64,000 bases of DNA from Felis catus. Lineage: Eukaryota. Below, one piece after another: positions 37,590-50,358 of the stretch. Position 1 is the stretch's first letter, and each line of letters starts with the position of its first letter. The notes beneath the pieces are model-generated. The model saw only the letters and a list, made by a program, of their open reading frames with translations, searched no databases and had not been told where the DNA came from. Made by a program: the position numbers and the translations under genes. Location: assembly GCF_018350175.1 (NCBI RefSeq), contig NC_058378.1, positions 65,348,001-65,412,000 on the forward strand. Direction: 5' to 3'.

Positions 37590-37700
37590 GTAGACTGTAA
37601 ACTCAATGAAAGCAGAGACTATGCCCACCTTATTCATTGCTGAATCCTAGTGCCCAGCATGATATTGGCATTCAAAAAGTGCTCTATAGATATCACACGA
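37590..37700 (+). mobile_element. L2 3' end
   Basis: tagactgtaaactcaatgaaagcagagactatg...cctagtgcccagcatgatattggcat. Confidence 0.75.
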
Positions 37701-39189
37701 AAGTGACTATAATTAGATAATACATAACATGAATAGAACAGGAGGAATTACAAATAAAATGAAATTTTACTGAATTTGACCCTGAGCTCAAATTAACATA
37801 ATGTCCAAATGCACACTTAAGACAATGTCAGGAAATCTGGGTTTTAGTCCTAGCTTTGACACTGACTAGAGTTATACACATAATTATTAAATTTCTCTCA
37901 TCCTTAAATTTTTTTTACTGTAAATACCAGAAATAGAGCAGATGATTCCTGAAATCCCTTATAGAAATAACTTTCTAGACCAAAGGATAATGCCCTCCCC
38001 AATGTATTACCATTTCATAGATCAAAATTCTGATATACAACGATTGCTCTAGAGTTAGAGAACATTCTTATGAATCCTGACATATAAGACTGTTCATTCC
38101 CCCCCACACACAACTTTTCTTCATTTCTCTCCATCCTTTCATGTATTCATAGAATTATTAAATACTTGCTCTGTATGTACTTGCCTTAGGGAAGTTTAAA
38201 AATGTTTTATATACCTGCCTTGAAATAGTCACCCATATTCTGGCTGAAATTTATTTCTAATGCGATTCAAATTCTAGTCCTGTGTTTATTTCATTATGTG
38301 GTTTAAAAAGTTGTTTGCTGACCTTGATGCATTATGTAAATGCCAGAGGCTAATTCTCTTTGAAGCATAATCTTCTGGGTATAGAACTTGGATGTCAATC
38401 AGGTAGCCAAACATTGGAGGACTTGCCCCACATGCCCCTTTCTCTGAGTCTTCCACCTTTCAAAAGGGTTAATAATGCTTGTGTTTACTTTCCTGACTGA
38501 TTGCTTTGCTTTCAACTATAAATCAATAGTTTCTATATTAGGTTGATTTCAGTGATGTAAACCAGTAGAAAGAATCCCTCTGACCATGTATTCTTATCCT
38601 TTTTTGCTCTCCCTCTCTCTCTTTTTCTAGCTCTGTCTCTCTCTCACACACTGTTTTAAAACTGTAGGTATCATAGCTTATTCATTGGCTCATAGTCATT
38701 AACACAACAATGATCAAATAGAAAGACCCCAGGCAGAGACCTGACAAGACCAAGAAAATAGATGATTGTTGGAACTCATTTGTAATATAATAGTATTCCA
38801 GCATACTGTAAGTTTTTGACCTTAAGCAAAGGAAAGTTGATGACTTTAATAGAGTTTTCTTTATAAACCTTTTTCTTTCTGCTTCAAAACTGCTGACTTT
38901 TTTTAAGCGCTGCCTCTCTTGCAATTGCTTTCAAAAGCGTATTTCTAAGTTTCAAAGCCAGAGTTCACTTCAGTAATGCTCCGTTAATTGTGCGGGCACT
39001 GACACTTAATGGCAAGCCTGAGGCCCTTCTTGACAGAATAAAGTACATCCCTGGAATGTCTGCCCCTCTCTCTTCCACAGAAAACACTCACCCCAAATAT
39101 AAGAAAGTACTTTCTCAGTTCCAGTGGTCTCATAAGTAGCCTAATAATAACAACAGTATCTTAGTTACAGACCCCAAGAAGTAAAACAG

Positions 39190-39400
39190 TTCTGTTAATA
39201 CAGATCTGGATTCAAAAACTACCACTAACAGACATTGGTGGTGAAATATTAGGCAAATTATTTGCTTTCTCTAAGCCTCAGTTGCTCCTCTCAACACGAT
39301 TGATCATGGTATCACCTCAGAGGATCATGGGGAGGGTTAAATAATAGGTTGGTAAATAAATTTATAAAGATATTGGCACATATTTTGTACTTAGCAAACA
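39190..39400 (+). mobile_element. MIR
   Basis: cagatctggattcaaa...taggcaaattattt...tctctaagcctcagtt. Confidence 0.65.
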
Positions 39401-40083
39401 ATAATGGTGGATGTGTGTGTTGTTGTATCGCTACCCGTTAAAAGCAAGGAAATGTATTTGGTCTTTGGCTGAAGACAGTAACTGCACCAATGCCAGAGAA
39501 AATTCTGCAGTTTGAGGTATGATAAAGTCTGCTGACTCTCTTGGCCCCCTTCTTCACCTCCTGTTTTAGCCTGACTTATAACCAGACCTTATGTTCCTGG
39601 TATCCCATCTCACAGCTCCAGCCAAGGGGACCATGCATTTGCTTTCTAATGCAACTGCCTCTCTATCTATTATTATTACTCAGTGGTCTTCTATCTATAT
39701 CTTCCAAGTTCATGGTTCGCTCAAAGACAATCTTTCTCCATCAAGTTTCCATATTTTCCAGACCTGCTGCCAATAGGAATCTAAAAAGCTAACATTACAG
39801 AAACTATAAATATGGCCCCATAAAAATAAATTCTAGGAGTTGCACAAATAGAAATATCAATTTGTCATTCAATGACTTCAATTAACTACTTCACCATGTT
39901 CAGCAATCACCAGTTTCTCCTTCTGTGATTTGACTGTGATCTCAATTTCTTCTTTATTTATCCATATGGAAATTATTCTACCCCAAAATTTGTAGGGATG
40001 TACCTGGCATCACTGTCAGACTATGTTTAAATCACATATATTCCATCTCACATTTCTCTATCCTGTGGATGAAAACTTCTCTC

Positions 40084-40086
<3 letters not shown>

Positions 40087-40121
<35 letters not shown>
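40087..40121. repeat. (CT)n microsatellite
   Basis: Directly visible. Confidence 0.95.
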
Positions 40122-40124
<3 letters not shown>

Positions 40125-41179
40125 TTCACCTCCCCTCATTCGTTTACTATAATTCTGAGCATGGTAAATGTGAAAAGTAGTATCCTTCCTTATGGACTGG
40201 GGTATACATGGGATCCCTAGTCATATCACTCTAAAAGAAACTTAGATGTCATCTATCACTCAGAAAACTTAGGTGCTAAAAATCCTGCTTTTCCAGGAAG
40301 GCCACTCTGGTGACATTAAATGAAAAGAAGTGAATGCAGGTGTCCAGGTGCTAAATTTAAATGTCAACCCTGACCTTTGGATGTCAGAGCCTTCAAAGGG
40401 AGCCTTTATCAACTCTCTCTCAGCCTTCATAGGTAAAGGAAACCTTTTTTATCAACTGAAGTCTTGTATGGAAGGGAGGAAGGTGTGTAGGTGACCACAG
40501 GGCAGGATGTCAAAGGCATTCAGGTCCAACTCTCCACCCTCTCCGCCAGGCCAGTATCACATAATTATGCTAGCTCAAAACATTGATTAGAATGTGGTTT
40601 TCGTTATTTATTCATAAGCTTTTCAGCAAATTAAATTTACATGACTGATTTTTTTTAATGCATTAGTGGCTAGAAGTCTTCTAGGAAGTTTCAGAAGAAA
40701 AGTTGGGCAAACATATATGGTATTCCAGCACACTCTTCCTGACCCCACCAGAAGACATTATAGTATTTCTTACCCGTTCCCCAAGAAGGTTCAAGGAGAC
40801 AACACAGGTAGAGGCTTTCACCTTAAGCAATTTCATTTGCCAAAACTACCCTATAGAACCCAGAAATGTCAAGGTCTTTCAACATAGTATTTTATTGTTG
40901 CATGATGTAGAAAATCAAGGAGAAAAATGCAAAGCCGCCAAGTGCTGGTTATTTTAATCCTAGGAGGATTGCCTGTATTCAGTGTCACTTCCCACTTCTG
41001 CTCACCACACACATAAAATACACACCTCCACAACAGGACAGAAGTTCCTAAGGGCAGGTGGGATTGATTCCCACAGCAGAAATAAAGATTGCTTCCTAAA
41101 CACTTCATGAATAAACTCAAACTGATGTCAACCCTTATTTGGCTACTTGGTTAAGTTTTGTGATGTAGAATTACATTAC

Positions 41180-41720
41180 CCTCTACCTCGTCAAACTTTA
41201 AATGGCTCTCCACTACCTGGAAATTCTGAGCAAATGCTATTCTTGATATAATGCCATTTCACCTTTCCAAATTTAATTCTCATTGCCCCTCAGTAAATAT
41301 TCTACAACCCAGTTAAACTAAACTTCTTTCTGTGTGGAAAGAGTTTTCTGACTACTCCAACTTAAAAATTTTTTTTTTCATATTTCCATTCTTCAACTGA
41401 CCTTCTTACAGCCCACTCCAACTTAGTAGAAACCATCTCAAATATTAAATATTTCCTCCATGAACCCTTTCTTGCCTAACTCCCTCACAAACATGAGATT
41501 TTTCTCTCTTCTATATTCCCAGAAGATTAGCATTTTTTATACTCTTGAGAAAAATATTTTCTTCTGATTCTTACTGTACTCACTGACCCACTCTTTTATC
41601 TCTGTGTTAGTTCGTTGAGGGCAGGAGGTAGTCTTAAATATCTTTGGATTCCCTGCAGTGTCAGACAGAGTGCCATGCTCATAGAATACAGAATAAGCAT
41701 TTTGCAGAATTGGACTAATT
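41180..41720 (+). mobile_element. L2 fragment
   Basis: aaatggctctccactacc...atttcctccatgaaccctttc...ttgagggcaggag...atctttggattccctgcagtgtc. Confidence 0.65.
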
Positions 41721-42059
41721 GTAAGCATAGGAATAAATAGCTATATTCCAATTAGAGTTTAGTAAATATTATAGTCATTGATGTAGTATAAAACTCACTA
41801 TGTTTCATTGGGCAAGGAAATACTAAAGTTTAGTAAATAATACATTGAAATCAATATGACATGCCTAAAACGCAAAAGTTCAGAAGACCTCTAAATATAT
41901 CCAGCTTTCTGTAGATATCCTCTGATTCTAGGAAGAATTATAAATCAGGAAATTATATTGGCCATAATTTCAGGAAGAAATATTCTATAAGGATTTAAAT
42001 CAATAACAATATTTAAAAAGAGTAATTTGTATTACAAGAAGCGTACTTTCTCTCAGAAG

Positions 42060-42174
42060 TTTCCTTTCTTCCTTGCTCCTTCCTTCCTTCTTCCTTCCTT
42101 CCTTCCTTCCTTCCTTCCTTCCTTCCTTCCTTCCTTCCCTCCCTCCCTCCCTCTCTCCCTCCTTTTTTTTTTTT
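42060..42174. repeat. (TTCC)n/(TCCC)n polypyrimidine tract
   Basis: Directly visible. Confidence 0.95.
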
Positions 42175-42287
42175 AGAGTAAATTGGCATTAGGAGCTAGG
42201 TGCCTATTTAAAATCAAATAAATGTGGATTTATTTGTCATAGCAGACTGAATCTCAAAGTGGTCCAAGAATTAAACATAAACAATAA

Positions 42288-42515
42288 GGGGCGCCTGGGT
42301 GGCTCAGTCGGTTAAGCATCCGACTTCGGCTCAGGTCATGATCTCACAGTTTGTGGGTTTGAGCCCTGAGTCGGGCTCTGTGCTGACAGCTCAGAGCCTG
42401 GAGCCTGCTTCACATTCTGTGTCTCCCTCTCTCTCTGCCCCTTCCCTGCTCATGCTGTGTCTCTCTCTGTCTCAAAAATAAACAAGCATTAAAAAAAAAT
42501 TAAAAAAAAATAAAA
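42288..42515 (+). mobile_element. Can-SINE (SINEC_Fc-type)
   Basis: ggggcgcctgggtggctcagtcggttaagc. TSD taaac(a/g)taaacaataa at 42272-42287 and 42516-42531. Confidence 0.97.
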
Positions 42516-42531
42516 TAAACGTAAACAATAA

Positions 42532-42960
42532 AACTAGACATCACTAATAAAAAGACACGGGGACTATTTTAAATTACTTTTTAACTCAAATTTATCAAAA
42601 ATATTTGGACGTCTAAACTTTGTACCACACCTAGAAAAGTTTGTTCAATTACAACATAAAAATTATGTTTAAATACCAAAAACTGCCATAAACAAACAAA
42701 AACGATGAATGGCAAAATGGAAACAATAAAAACTCGTATTTCAGATAAAGGGTCAATTTCTTCAATATGGAAAGAATGTTTGTAACCTCATAGAAAAAAT
42801 ACCAAATGTTCACATTAAAAGCAGCCAAACATGATAACTGAAGTTAACCAGAAATGAAATTCAAACAGCATTAAACATGTGAAAAAATACTCAACATCAC
42901 ACATAATAAAATATACACAAAATAAAATTATACTAAAATGATTTTCAAGCAGGAATCCTA
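42532..42960 (+). mobile_element. Old L1ME-like ORF2 3' fragment
   Basis: cagataaagggtcaatttc...gaaattcaaacagcattaaacatgtgaaaaaatactcaacatcac. Confidence 0.65.
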
Positions 42961-43369
42961 AAGTGCTAAAGATAACGCTGTTTCAGAGAAGAGTTTGGGA
43001 CAGAGGGGGCAATAGCACTTTCATATCAGTCAGAAAATTGTTATTAACAGAAGGAAGAATTTCCTTCTTGGATGTTGACATATTGGTTTAACAACAGTTA
43101 TATCTCTACTAGTTTTTGTATCTAGTTATATCTATGGTTGTATGTGAGAAAAATATAAATAAGAAAGACCTCATATATAAGAAAAGTTTACCTTATCTAA
43201 AAAGGTGAACAAAGATGCAAAACCTCTATCAACTGTCAGGGCTAACCAACTCCCAACCTCTGCTAGTCTTTGTGGTACATTTGTAATTAAAAATTATTAG
43301 TCTAAATGCAGTTTTAAAAAGTCATTTAATAAATTGCACTAATTATTAACATAAGAAATAGAAAAGCCA

Positions 43370-45100
43370 TCATTATTCACCACATGAGCATTAAAAGGAT
43401 AATAATAAATAATTTTGAGCAACTCTATTCCCACAAATTTGATAACAGATAAAATGAACCAGCTCCTTGAGAGACAGAAAATAATAAAATTCACAAAAGG
43501 AAAAAATGATAATCTGAATAGGCCTATAATTATTAAATACAATTTAATCAATAATTAATAATCTCTCATAAAAAAGCACCAGACCCAGATGGTTTTACTA
43601 GTTAATTCTACCAAACATTTAACAACAAATGATACCAATTTTCTACAATCTCTTCCAGAAAATATAACTAGAGGTACTACTTCCTAACTCATTCTTTGGT
43701 GGCAGTATTGCCCTAATACCAAAAACAGATAAAGACATAACAAGAAAGGAAAATTACATACCACTATCTCTTAGACACAGATGCAAAAATCTCAACAATA
43801 TATCATCAAATTGCATCTAACAAAGTATTAAAACAATTATGCACTATGACCAAATGTGATTTATTCTAGGTATGTAAGATTTGTTCAAAATTCAAAAACA
43901 AGTTATTTTAATACATCACATCAATGGGCTAAAGAAGAAAAAAAATGTATGTAATTGTATCATTTGATATAGAAATATTATTTGACAAAGTCCAACATCC
44001 ATTTATGGTAAAATGCTCAGCAAGAAGAAATAGGTGAATTTCCTCTATTTGGTCAATAACATTCATAAACTCTCCAGCTAATATCGTACTTAATAATGAG
44101 AAATTGTGTACTTTCTCCCTATGACTGGGCACAAGGCAAGGATGTACTTTCTTACCAGTTCTGATAAACATTTTTTTGGAAGTCCTAATTTACTGCAATG
44201 AGAAAAGAAACAGAAATAAATAATGTGCATATTTGAAAGGAAAAAATTCAACTGTTTTAATCTATAGATGAAATGGCTGTCTATGGGGAAAAATGTAAAA
44301 AATAAAGAGAAAATTCCTGGAATAAAAAGATTATAGCAAGGTACAGAATACAAGATTAACATTAAAAAGTCTATTACTCTCCTTTATAGCAGGAAAAACT
44401 AATTGGAACTTGAAATTAAAAACACTATCATATCCCTTACATCAAAAATGAAATACTTAGGTATAAATATAACAATATATTTTTATAGGATCAATATGTG
44501 GAAATAAAATATTCTTTTTTTTAAGAATTTTGTAGATGTTTACTTTTGATGAGACAGAGGGAGAACAGGAGAGGGGCAAAGACAGAGGGGGACAGAGGGG
44601 TACAGAGGGGGACAGAGGATCCCAAGCAGGCTCCACTGTGACAGCAAAAAGCCCAATGTGAGGCTTGAACTTGAACTGTGAGGTCATGACCCAAGCTGAA
44701 GGGGGATACTAACTGACTGAGCCACCCAGGTGACCTGAAACACAAAATTCTTATGAAAGAAATTAAAGAGCTAAATAAATAGAGATGTATTCCATGTTCA
44801 CTGACTACAAGATTCAATATTGCAAAGATTTCAATTATTTCCACCTTGATCTATGGATTCGATATAATCCCAATCAAAATTATATCAAGCTATTTTGCAT
44901 ATATCAACAAAGTGTTACTAAAATGTATATGAAACAAACAAACAAACAAAAAACATTTGGGAGAAGAATAACATCACAGGATGGATATAACCCAACTTCA
45001 AGACTCATTATAAACCTAAATTGACCAAGACATGCTATTAGTGAAATAATAGACACACATGTGAATAAAAGAAAATAGAATCCACAGATGGATCCACATA
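43370..45100 (+). mobile_element. L1M ORF2 fragment spanning the RT domain, degenerate, with SINE insertion
   Basis: gcaccagacccagatggtttta...ttcctaactcattc...gatgcaaaaatctcaacaa (DAKI-N)...tatgaccaaatgtgatttattctaggtatg (DQxxFIxGM)...tttgacaaagtccaacatccattt (FDKVQHPF)...ggcacaaggcaaggatgt (GTRQGC). Confidence 0.9.
44515..44735 (-). mobile_element. Can-SINE
   Basis: Reverse head aactgactgagccacccaggtg and T-tail. Sits inside the L1. Confidence 0.93.
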
Positions 45101-45150
45101 CATCCTAAAGTGATAGACTCCCTCCTCTAGCAAAATAAAAAGTGGTGACT

Positions 45151-45569
45151 GGGGCACCTGGGTGACTCAGTCAGTTAAGCAACCAAGTGTTGGTTTTGGC
45201 TCAGGTCATGATTTCACAGTTTGTGAGTTTGAGCCCTCTATCAGGCTCTGCACTGACAGTGTGGAGCCTAGATGGGATTATCTGTCTCTGTCTCTATCTG
45301 TCCCTCCCTCTCTTTCTCTCTCAAAAATAAGCAAACATTTTTTTAACTTTTTTTTTTTTTTTTTTTTTGAGAGACAGAGAGAGAGCATGAGGGAGGAAGG
45401 GGCAGAGAGAGAGGGAAACACAGAATCAGAAGCAGGCTCCAGACTCAGAGCTGTCAGCACAGAGCCTGACGTGGGGCTCGAACCCACAAACTGGGAGATC
45501 ATGACCTGAGCTGAAGCTGGATGCTTAACCAACTGAGCCACTCTGGTGCCCCAACAAACAAACAGTTTT
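45151..45569 (+). mobile_element. Can-SINE (outer), tail interrupted by an antisense SINE
   Basis: ggggcacctgggtgactcag head. TSD taaaaagtggt(g/a)act at 45136-45150 and 45570-45584. Confidence 0.93.
45345..45552 (-). mobile_element. Can-SINE (inner, antisense)
   Basis: T-tail, gagcctgacgtggggctcgaac, reverse head ctgagccactctggtgcccc. Confidence 0.95.
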
Positions 45570-45816
45570 TAAAAAGTGGTAACTGAGGGGCACTGATTTA
45601 AGATGACAAACAGAGCCTATGTGTTCTTTTCATCCCTGACATTATAGAAACCTAGATTATAGAAAACATGCAAGACAAACAACAAAAATAGTAACTGCCA
45701 TCAGCATGCAATAAACTAAGCCAATTTTGAAAATTAGATACCATAAAAAATGGTACTGACATCTACAGAAAAAATAACTAGAGAAAATATGCAAGAGTCT
45801 AGTCTGGAAGTGCTTT

Positions 45817-46023
45817 TCTTTTTAAAGTTTATTTATTTATTTTGAGAGAGAGAGTGAGCAGGAAGCAGCAGAGAGAGAAGGGGAGAGAGAAAAAATCCCA
45901 TGCAGGCTCCACATTATCAGCACATGGAGCTTGGTGTGGGGCTCGAACTCATGAACCATGAGATCATGACCCGAGCTGAAATCAAGAGTCAGACACTTAA
46001 CCAACTGAGCCACCCAGGCACTC
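45817..46023 (-). mobile_element. Can-SINE
   Basis: Reverse head actgagccacccaggcac. TSD ctggaa(g/c)tgcttt at 45804-45816 and 46024-46036. Confidence 0.95.
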
Positions 46024-48641
46024 CTGGAACTGCTTTAAAAAAACAAAACAAACAAAAAAACCCCAAAAATGCTAGAAGTCACCAAACAACATGAAAATAC
46101 AAAACAGAAATAAGTAACTCAATTAAGAGAAATATGAGTTTCTAGAGGAACATATTTGAGAGAACAAATTGAGATGGAACATAAACTAAAAAATTGTAAC
46201 ACTCCTGCCACCAGTTTGAACACAGTGTGTACAATAAAATATCTTGGAATTTACATTTCTAATTGTCATAGATAACACTAATAGATATTAGATGGGGAAA
46301 AATGCAAACAAATATAAAAACAGGGAAATAAATTCAAACCCAATTTGGGGGCGAGGAGATAAATACTCAAAAGACAGGTAAAAAATCACGTTCCTGTGGT
46401 AGGTAGACTACAGCTTGGCTTTAGAGTTGCCTAACAGCCCAAGCAGAGGGAAGATATGATTAGCTCACAAATGAAAGTGTTTGCAAGATATAGCGTTAAA
46501 TAACAGTTAAGAGATTCAGAAGCAAGTCTCATAAGAGGAGCTGAAAATAAATTTCCCAATGAGTTTTTACAAAGAGGATGTACTCATTAACATTCCTTAA
46601 ATTAATGTAACAAATTTGTTAACAGGAAGGTTTGTTATCATGTTCCTCAGGGACAGGCATTATAATAATTTTTGAAAGGGTTTTACGTTATTTTTCCCTC
46701 TTTAATTTTCAGGTAGACTAATGAATTTTAATTTTGAGGACTGGTTACAGGGTGATCCCAGTGGTTTTCACAGAAATACATAATAAAACATTGCTTAATG
46801 CAGCACTTCAGGGGTAAGTAAAAAAGTGGTTTGTCAGTACCTGGAGTTCAATTAGGAACTCAGGAGACAAGCAAAAGTTCCATCTTTATCAAAGAGGATT
46901 ATTATTATTTTCTCTTTATCAGCAGGAGAGAGACCTGGGCTATGGCTATGACTAAGATATTCACTATTTTGAAATCAAGAGTGGTAATGAAATATAACCA
47001 GTGATTATTAGATCTATTTTGAAATATGTCCGTGTGTATTTAACTACTGAATTCAACATAATGGCATTTATGATATAGCAACGAGATACAATTACATTTC
47101 CTTTCAAGGTACTACTATAAGACAGAGAACTTTGTTTAATTTTATTGTGTATTATATTTCTGGAAAATCAGGATTTGATGGATTTAGTAAGAATTAATAA
47201 ACCAATCCAGCAAGCTCTGCACATAAAGTAATTCTCATTCCAATAAATGGTTTTCCGGCAAATGACTTCTGCTTCCATGATTTATCAACCTAACATGGAA
47301 CAGGCCTACAAGGAGTACAGTAGAATCCTCTTTTGCACTTGGTCCTGTCTTTGCAGACCAAGAAGAGAAAAGCAAGAAACATAACATATCTAAGAATAGG
47401 TTGGAAAAATATGTTCTTGTTAGGTTGACAGCATATGAATCAACAGAAAATAAAGGGAAAGTGATAAAGGCACACAAAGTTTACTGTTCTCTTTAATCGT
47501 GGAAGTGCTTTATGTCTGTTGAAGGAAAACAGCACTATTAGAGTTAACTGAGCATGTTAAACTGTAAACCACAGAGTGACTACTCATATCATAAACTTAG
47601 TTCCAAGGGGTTGCAGTAAGTTTAAATTTAGAGGCCATGGCAACCCTACCATGGATTAATAAGGCAAAAGGAGCAGTTTGGATGAAAAATGCTATAGCTG
47701 AAAAGCATATGGAGTTAATTTCTCAAGTGCCACGTGGATTTAGGATAATCAAATTTCAGAGGTTTATATGCTTTAAGACCCTTCATCAGCTGATAGTTCT
47801 CTATAGCGTGTGAAATTACCTGGCTGATTGAAAGCATCCCCTCAAAACTTCATTGATATATCATGTGACAAAAATTTCAGTCCATTCCAGGAAGTTATAT
47901 AAAAGGATCTATCCTTGCAGCAACCCCAAATCCATATGGAAACAAAGACTATATGACAGTACAATAAATTACAACAATAGGCTATACTCTCATTCACTAG
48001 TCAATTGAACACATTGTGTGTGAACAAGTATTAGACTTGGCACAAGACGAGTGTTTCCTGCCCTTGTGGAACACATAATGCATGCAAAATAGCCTAGGAC
48101 AATGACTGCACCCAACAACTAAAGAAAGTTGAGCTCACAGAAAGTGAGAAAAACAGAATAATGTGCCTCCTGATAAAAGTACATGAGACCACCTGACCAA
48201 TTTTCCACAAAATATTAAAACTGAATATAAATAAGCTTTTAGATCTAACTGCAAATAATGAATACATAGAAGACAGAGGAATATGCTAAATGTCATTAAA
48301 TACCCTTATCATGGGCGTACAATTTAAACAAATCAGCTTAGAGGAATTAACAGGGCAAGTAACCCATGATTGTTCAACAAATAAATGGCAAGACAATAAA
48401 CACATAAATAAATAAAATAATCTATGTATAAAACATATTTAAGAAAGATACTAATTTGTTGTAATGTATACTTATTTTCTGGTTAATGATTTGATTCCCA
48501 ATTCAAAGAAACAAACTGGACTGGGGAGAGGAGCAGAGGCATAGAAACAATGACTAGTTACTTTATAATACTACTATAATTATGGAAAATACTATAGAGT
48601 TTTAGATGCGACAAGTGGTATAATTTTTTAAAAAGATCCAG

Positions 48642-48880
48642 GGGGCGCCTGGGTGGCGCAGTCGGTTAAGCGTCCGACTTCAGCCAGGTCATGATCTCGC
48701 GGTCCGTGAGTTCGAGCCCCGCGTCAGTCTCTGGGCTGATGGCTCAGGCTGATGGCTCAGAGCCTGGAGCCTGTTTCCGATTCTGTGTCTCCCTCTCTCT
48801 CTGCCCCTCCCCCGTTCATGCTCTGTCTCTCTCTGTCCCAAAAATAAATAAACGTTGAAAAAAAAATGTAAAAAAAAAAT
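48642..48880 (+). mobile_element. Young SINEC_Fc (element A)
   Basis: CpG-rich head ggggcgcctgggtggcgcagtcggttaagcgtccgacttcagccagg. TSD aaagatcc at 48632-48639 and 48881-48888. Confidence 0.97.
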
Positions 48881-48897
48881 AAAGATCCTCATCTTTT

Positions 48898-49337
48898 GGG
48901 GTACCTGGGTGGCTGAGTTGGTTTAGTGATTGGCTTTTGATTTCGGCCCAGGTCATGATCTCATGGTTGTGAGATCAAGCCCCGAGTTCGGCTGTGTGCT
49001 GAGTGTGGAGCCTGCTTAAGGCACTCTATGGGGTGCCTGGGTGGTTCAGTCGGTTGACTTCGTCCAACTTCGGCCCAGGTCATGATCTCGCGCATTGTGG
49101 GTTCAGGCCCCACGTCCGGCTCTGTGCTGACAGCTTGGAGCCTGGAGCCTGCTTCAGATTCTGTTTCCCTGCTCTCTCTGCCCCTCCCCCACTTGCACTC
49201 TGTCTCTCTGTCTCTCTCTCTCTCTCTCCCCAAAATAAACATTAAAAAATATTTTTTAAGATACTCTCTCTCCCTCTACCACTCATGTGTGCACTCTCTC
49301 TCTCAGTAATATAAACTAAAATCTCTTCTTCTTCAAA
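48898..49337 (+). mobile_element. Older Can-SINE (element B), split by element C
   Basis: ggggtacctgggtggctgag head. TSD aaagatcctcatctttt at 48881-48897 and 49338-49354. Confidence 0.9.
49030..49255 (+). mobile_element. Can-SINE (element C) nested in B
   Basis: ggggtgcctgggtggttcag head. Imperfect TSD ttaag(gc/at)actct at 49016-49027 and 49256-49267. Confidence 0.93.
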
Positions 49338-49353
49338 AAAGATCCTCATCTTT

Positions 49354-49356
<3 letters not shown>

Positions 49357-49401
<45 letters not shown>
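49357..49401. repeat. (TA)n microsatellite
   Basis: Directly visible. Confidence 0.97.
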
Positions 49402-49409
<8 letters not shown>

Positions 49410-50042
49410 TACTGAAACGTTTATAGGAGTTATTTCAAAATAATGAGCTAGGGAGGGGTGGATATAGGTATAGATGAAATTGTCCATGAGTTGTAATTTT
49501 TGAAGTTGGGTGATGAACATGTGGGGGTCAGTAAAACTATTTTTTTTAACTTGGAAATTTTCTTACAAAAAATTAACTCTTTCTTGATAGTGCATGAGAG
49601 AATAATAACATATTAGTAGAAGTAATAATAAAGGGGACTATGGTATGTATGAGAGAGGAGTATCAACCTCAGAATAAATTCTCACAGAAGGCTGTTTCAG
49701 AAAGATGGCATTTATATTAAGAACTTAAAAATAAGTAGGAGTGATTCAGATGATATTGGGTGGAGGAAGTATTCAAGTCAGGGTAACAACACATATGAAA
49801 AGTTTTGTGGTGGAGAAAAGTAGATTAACAACAAAAACAACCAAACCCTCCAAACACTCAAACTGAAGCAGAATAAAGCAGAGTAAAGCAGAGGGTAATG
49901 CTAGTAAGTGTAGATATATAGATACAGGCTGAATCTTGTCAGTCTTAGTGACTTTATTAAATATTATAGACATATTCTTATGAAAAATTGAAAACCATAC
50001 ATTTGGGCAGAGAAACATATTAAATATGAAGCTTTAAAAGAT

Positions 50043-50358
50043 TATGGCTATAGACTGTGTGTCCCATTCCCAAATTCACATGTTGAAACCTAATTCCCAA
50101 TGATGTTAGGAAGTGGGGCTTTTGGTAGGCGATTAGATCATGGAGTGGAGCCCATTGAGATTAGTGCCCTTATCATATAGATCCAGGAGAACACCTTCAT
50201 CCCTTCAGCCTTGTGAAAATATAGAATACAAGGAAGGGGGCTCTGACCAGACACCATATCTACTGGAAACTTGTCTTTTTGTGAGACATAAATTTATGTT
50301 GTTTATAAGCCACCCAGTCTATAATATTCCATTAATCGTAGCCTCAATGGACAAGACA
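50043..50358 (+). mobile_element. MaLR solo LTR (MLT1A0-like)
   Basis: caaattcacatgttgaaacctaat...ggaagtggggcttttggtagg...gattagtgcccttat...gttgtttataagccacccagtcta...aatggacaagaca. Confidence 0.88.

Larger units (their letters stand above)
48150..49575 (+). mobile_element. Old L1MC/L1ME 3' region hosting a nested SINE cluster
   Basis: tagatctaact...gacagaggaa...ttcaacaaataaatggca... resumes after the SINEs as tactgaaacgtttatagg...ttcaaaataat...gaagttgggtgatg. Confidence 0.6.
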
